Source: Candidatus Eiseniibacteriota bacterium (GTDB taxonomy: Bacteria; Eisenbacteria; RBG-16-71-46). Taken from it: a stretch of DNA of 20,112 bases. The DNA lies in the NCBI GenBank assembly GCA_031370785.1, contig JANMQY010000122.1, positions 1-20,112 on the forward strand. The letters run 5' to 3'. This document shows positions 17,012-20,112 of the stretch, piece after piece. Made by a program: the position numbers and the translations under genes. Each line of letters begins with the position of its first letter. Position 1 is the stretch's first letter. The notes beneath the pieces were generated by a model. The model was not told the origin of the DNA. It made no database searches and was given only the letters and a program-made list of their open reading frames with translations.

Positions 17012-17139
17012 GGGGCAACGAGTCTAACCCGCGACCGCCGGCGGGCCCAACGTGCGATTTGCACGAGCGGGGCGGAACTCCTCTTGGGATGCGGAGGCGT
17101 CGGTTGACTTCCCGCACACACTCGACCAGTTTTGCCGAC

Positions 17140-18579
17140 ATGGACGCTCAGCGAGGAATCGCGCGCCGCATGATCATCGGGCTGCCGGCCGAAGGGCCGT
17201 CACCCGCGTGGGAGAAGGACTTCGCTGCGTATCCGCCGGCCGGCGTGATCCTGTTCCGGCGCGACTTCCGCGACCTCGAGGACCTGCGCCGGCTGACCGC
17301 GCGGCTGCGGGCCATGACGCGGCCACGGCGCTTGTTTCTTGCGATCGATGAAGAGGGCGGATTCGTCTCGCAGCTGGGCGGGCACTTCGTGGTCCCCCCC
17401 AACGCCACGCTGCTCGCCCGCGGCGCGGTCGCAGGGGACGTCGCCTGGGCGCATCGCGTCACCGGCGAGCGCCTGCGCGCGCTGGGGGTGGACTGGAGCT
17501 TCGCGCCGGTCGCCGACGTCCACAGCGAGGCGCACAACCCCGTCATCGGTCCGCGCGCGTTCGGCTCCGATCCGGAGCGCGTGGCGCGCGCGGTCGGCGA
17601 GGCCATCGAGGGCTTCCGCGCCGCCGGGCTCGCCTCATGCCTCAAGCACTTCCCGGGGCACGGCGACACCGTGCTCGACTCGCACCTCGCGCTGCCGCGC
17701 TGCGACGCCGACCGGGCCACGCTCGAGCGGCGCGAGCTGGTTCCGTTCCGCGCGAACCTGGCGCAGGCGGACTCGGTGATGTCCGCGCACGTCGTATATC
17801 CGACACTCGATCCCGTCCGGCCCGCCACGTTTTCCAGGGCGATCGCGCACGACCTGCTGCGCGATGCGCTCGCTTTCCGGGGGCTCCTCGTCACCGACGC
17901 GCTCGAGATGCGCGGCGCCGCCGACGGGCGCGAGCCGTCGGAGACCGGGCGCCTCGCGCTCGAGGCCGGTTGCGATCTCCTGCTGTACGCGTTCCACGAC
18001 GAGTCGGTGCGCCGCGCGCGGCTCGAGCTGGCGAAGGCGCTGGTCGACGGGCGCTTCGAGCGCACCAGCTTCGACGACTCGCGCGGCCGCCTGGCCGCGT
18101 TCGATGAGGCGCGGCCCGAGCCCGGCCCCGCCGAGATCGGGCGGCCGCTCGAGTCGCTCACCCCGCCCGACTGGACGGCGAGGCTCACCGCGATCATCGA
18201 GCGCGGCCTGATCGTCCGCGGCGGCTCACCACCCTCCCTGGCCGGCGCGACCTGCGAGGTGCGCGAGCCCGAGTGGCCTTACGGCGAATCGTTCCGCGCT
18301 GCGCTCGCGGTCGCGGGAGTGCCGGTCGGGGCGAGCGAGGCGCGGGTCGGAATCGAAGTCGTCGCGACCCGCATCCCGATCGCGCCCGGTGCGCTCGAGG
18401 AGCTGCGCCGCCGCTGCGCCACCCGCCCGAGCATCGTCATCGGCCTCCAGAACGACGCCTTCCTCGATGAGGTCCCCGAGGCGGCGCTGCGCATCTCGGC
18501 CTCGGACCCCACGCCACTCACCCGATCGGTGGTGGCGCGGGTACTCGCATCGCACCTGCTCGGCGCGCGGAGCGCCTGA
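17140..18579 (+). CDS. nagZ: GH3 beta-N-acetylhexosaminidase
   Basis: AIDEEGG, APVAD, KHFPGHGDTVLDSH (NagZ signature with Asp-His dyad), TDALEM nucleophile; start placed at ATG 17140. Confidence 0.88.
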   Translation: MDAQRGIARRMIIGLPAEGPSPAWEKDFAAYPPAGVILFRRDFRDLEDLRRLTARLRAMTRPRRLFLAIDEEGGFVSQLGGHFVVPPNATLLARGAVAGDVAWAHRVTGERLRALGVDWSFAPVADVHSEAHNPVIGPRAFGSDPERVARAVGEAIEGFRAAGLASCLKHFPGHGDTVLDSHLALPRCDADRATLERRELVPFRANLAQADSVMSAHVVYPTLDPVRPATFSRAIAHDLLRDALAFRGLLVTDALEMRGAADGREPSETGRLALEAGCDLLLYAFHDESVRRARLELAKALVDGRFERTSFDDSRGRLAAFDEARPEPGPAEIGRPLESLTPPDWTARLTAIIERGLIVRGGSPPSLAGATCEVREPEWPYGESFRAALAVAGVPVGASEARVGIEVVATRIPIAPGALEELRRRCATRPSIVIGLQNDAFLDEVPEAALRISASDPTPLTRSVVARVLASHLLGARSA

Positions 18580-18582
18580 AGC

Positions 18583-19800
18583 TCAGTAGGAGAAGTGGAG
18601 CTGCAGGAACATCTGCGTCTCGTCCGGGAATCCGTACGCGACCGCGTCCTCATGGTGAATGAAGCGCACCGCGCCGCGCAGCTCCGCGAACGGAACCGGC
18701 ACCCACTCGCCTTCGAACGCGACGCGCGAGTGATTGCTCGCCCCACTCGTGATCGCGTCGGACTTGTCGAGTATCTCGTGGTCGTAGCGCGCGCGCAGAT
18801 TCCACGACCGGCTCGGCGCATAGTCAGCCTCGACGAATCCCGCCATCCGATTGGTCTTCTTCCCGCTCGCGAGGCCGAATGGCGGCGGCGCCTCGTCGGT
18901 CCCGGCCGCGATCTCACCGAGCAGCACCGCGCCGCCGTAGTGCGTCATGCCGTAGTAACCCCAGCGCTTCAGCCGCTTGGCGCTGCCGCCGACCCGGTTG
19001 AAGCCGTCGTAGAACGAGACCGCTCCCTGATACCAGCCGGCGTTGTATCCGAGCTTGATCGCCTTGGTCTCGGCGAACTGGCCGGCGAGCGCCTGGGCGT
19101 CTCCGTTGGTGAACGACGCGCGCCCGAAAAAGTTGCTGTGCTCCGCTCCCACCTCGATCCCCATGTCGGGATTGCGCGGATCGTACGGCAGGAAGTGTTC
19201 GTCGCTCGCCAGATCGAGGAATCCGGCGCGAGTCGCGACGGTGTGATCGTCGAGACGCAGGCCGAACGGATTGCGGAAGCGCCCGGCCCTGAGATACCCG
19301 TTCAGCGGAAAGCCGCCGATCATGCCGAAGGCTTCCTTGTTGCGCACCACGTTGGTCGCAGCCTGCGAGAAGGCGTCGAAGGTGTAGACCAGGGTGAGTC
19401 GCGGGTGAGGCTGAAATGCGAGGTGGACGGCATTCTCCATGTTGAAGAATCCCGCGAGCGCGAGCGAATCCTGTCCCTTGTTCTTGTTGGTGAGCAGCAT
19501 GAAGCGCTGATTGACGCCGAAGTAGAGCGGGAAGTTCTCCCCCACCCGGTTCCCGACCGAGAGGTCGCGCCACTGACTGGTGCTGTCGGCTTCGGGAGCG
19601 AGCGCGTGGCGGTTTCGTGCGTACGCGAAGCCGAAGTCGTTGCGCGGCCCTCCACCGTTGGGATCGAAGTGACAGTTCGAGCACTGCAGGCCGGTGCGCG
19701 CCGCATACAACGGCACGGTCTCGCCCTTCTTTCCCAGCACGAGAAACAGCGAGATGGCGAGCAGCAGAGCGGGAAGCGCGCGCAGCACCCTGCGGAACAT
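18583..19800 (-). CDS. Monoheme cytochrome c fused to an outer-membrane beta-barrel (Cyc2-like architecture)
   Basis: RBS AAGGAGG before ATG 19800; signal peptide; mature N-terminus VPLYAARTGLQCSNCH; alternating beta-strand patterns; GRFRNPFG porin-like motif; C-terminal MFLQLHFSY barrel signal. Confidence 0.8.
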   Translation of the reverse strand: MFRRVLRALPALLLAISLFLVLGKKGETVPLYAARTGLQCSNCHFDPNGGGPRNDFGFAYARNRHALAPEADSTSQWRDLSVGNRVGENFPLYFGVNQRFMLLTNKNKGQDSLALAGFFNMENAVHLAFQPHPRLTLVYTFDAFSQAATNVVRNKEAFGMIGGFPLNGYLRAGRFRNPFGLRLDDHTVATRAGFLDLASDEHFLPYDPRNPDMGIEVGAEHSNFFGRASFTNGDAQALAGQFAETKAIKLGYNAGWYQGAVSFYDGFNRVGGSAKRLKRWGYYGMTHYGGAVLLGEIAAGTDEAPPPFGLASGKKTNRMAGFVEADYAPSRSWNLRARYDHEILDKSDAITSGASNHSRVAFEGEWVPVPFAELRGAVRFIHHEDAVAYGFPDETQMFLQLHFSY

Positions 19801-19856
19801 GAAGCCCTCCTTGGTGGGGATGAGCCGCGCGTGGTGAGGGGCGCGCGACAAGGGAC

Positions 19857-20112
19857 TCAGCGGCGGCGGCGCGGGCGCAAAGCGCGAGAGACGCGCGCGC
19901 GACCGTAGCCACCGCCACCGGGAGTTGCGACGGTTAGCACCGCACCGGCTGCGAGGTCAATCTGGAACTTCCCGGGGAGTGCTCGCGAACGACCGTCGGT
20001 TCCGCGTACCGAGTTTTGTCCGATCGAACCCGGCGCTCCGCCGGCCAGACCGTAAGGCGCGCACACGCGCCGGTCGCTGATCACCGTGACCCTCACCCGC
20101 GCGAGCGGCTCG
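19857..20112 (-). CDS. Hydantoinase B / oxoprolinase family protein, C-terminal fragment (5' end outside window)
   Basis: SDRRVCAPYGLAGGAPG...G.N...LPGK...TPGGGGYG, the characteristic C-terminus. Confidence 0.85.
   Translation of the reverse strand, partial: EPLARVRVTVISDRRVCAPYGLAGGAPGSIGQNSVRGTDGRSRALPGKFQIDLAAGAVLTVATPGGGGYGRARVSRALRPRRRR

Overview
High-GC bacterial chromosomal window (diderm; the T9SS/FlgD-type sorting domain and gene styles suggest an FCB-related lineage such as Ca. Eisenbacteria, which is inference only), mostly housekeeping genes. Left to right: partial tadA; two small exported-protein genes; a tRNA-Arg(ACG)/Ser(GCT)/Ser(TGA) cluster with a near-consensus sigma70 promoter; a lower-GC accessory patch (Ig-like + DUF3494 ice-binding-like lipoprotein, long intergenic region with a candidate sigma54 promoter, orphan sorting domain); a secreted M1 aminopeptidase; a coupled cysteine desulfurase-mnmA-methyltransferase cassette preceded by a TPR protein and a Cys/Met PLP enzyme; GT9 glycosyltransferase and DUF62 SAM hydrolase; ctpA and an aminotransferase; NagZ; and a partial hydantoinase B/oxoprolinase. 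The best candidate for novelty is a stand-alone monoheme cytochrome c / outer-membrane beta-barrel fusion (18583-19800) with Cyc2-like motif spacing but a divergent post-heme sequence. No CRISPR array, integrase or transposase was seen. Family calls come from motif recognition, not database searches.
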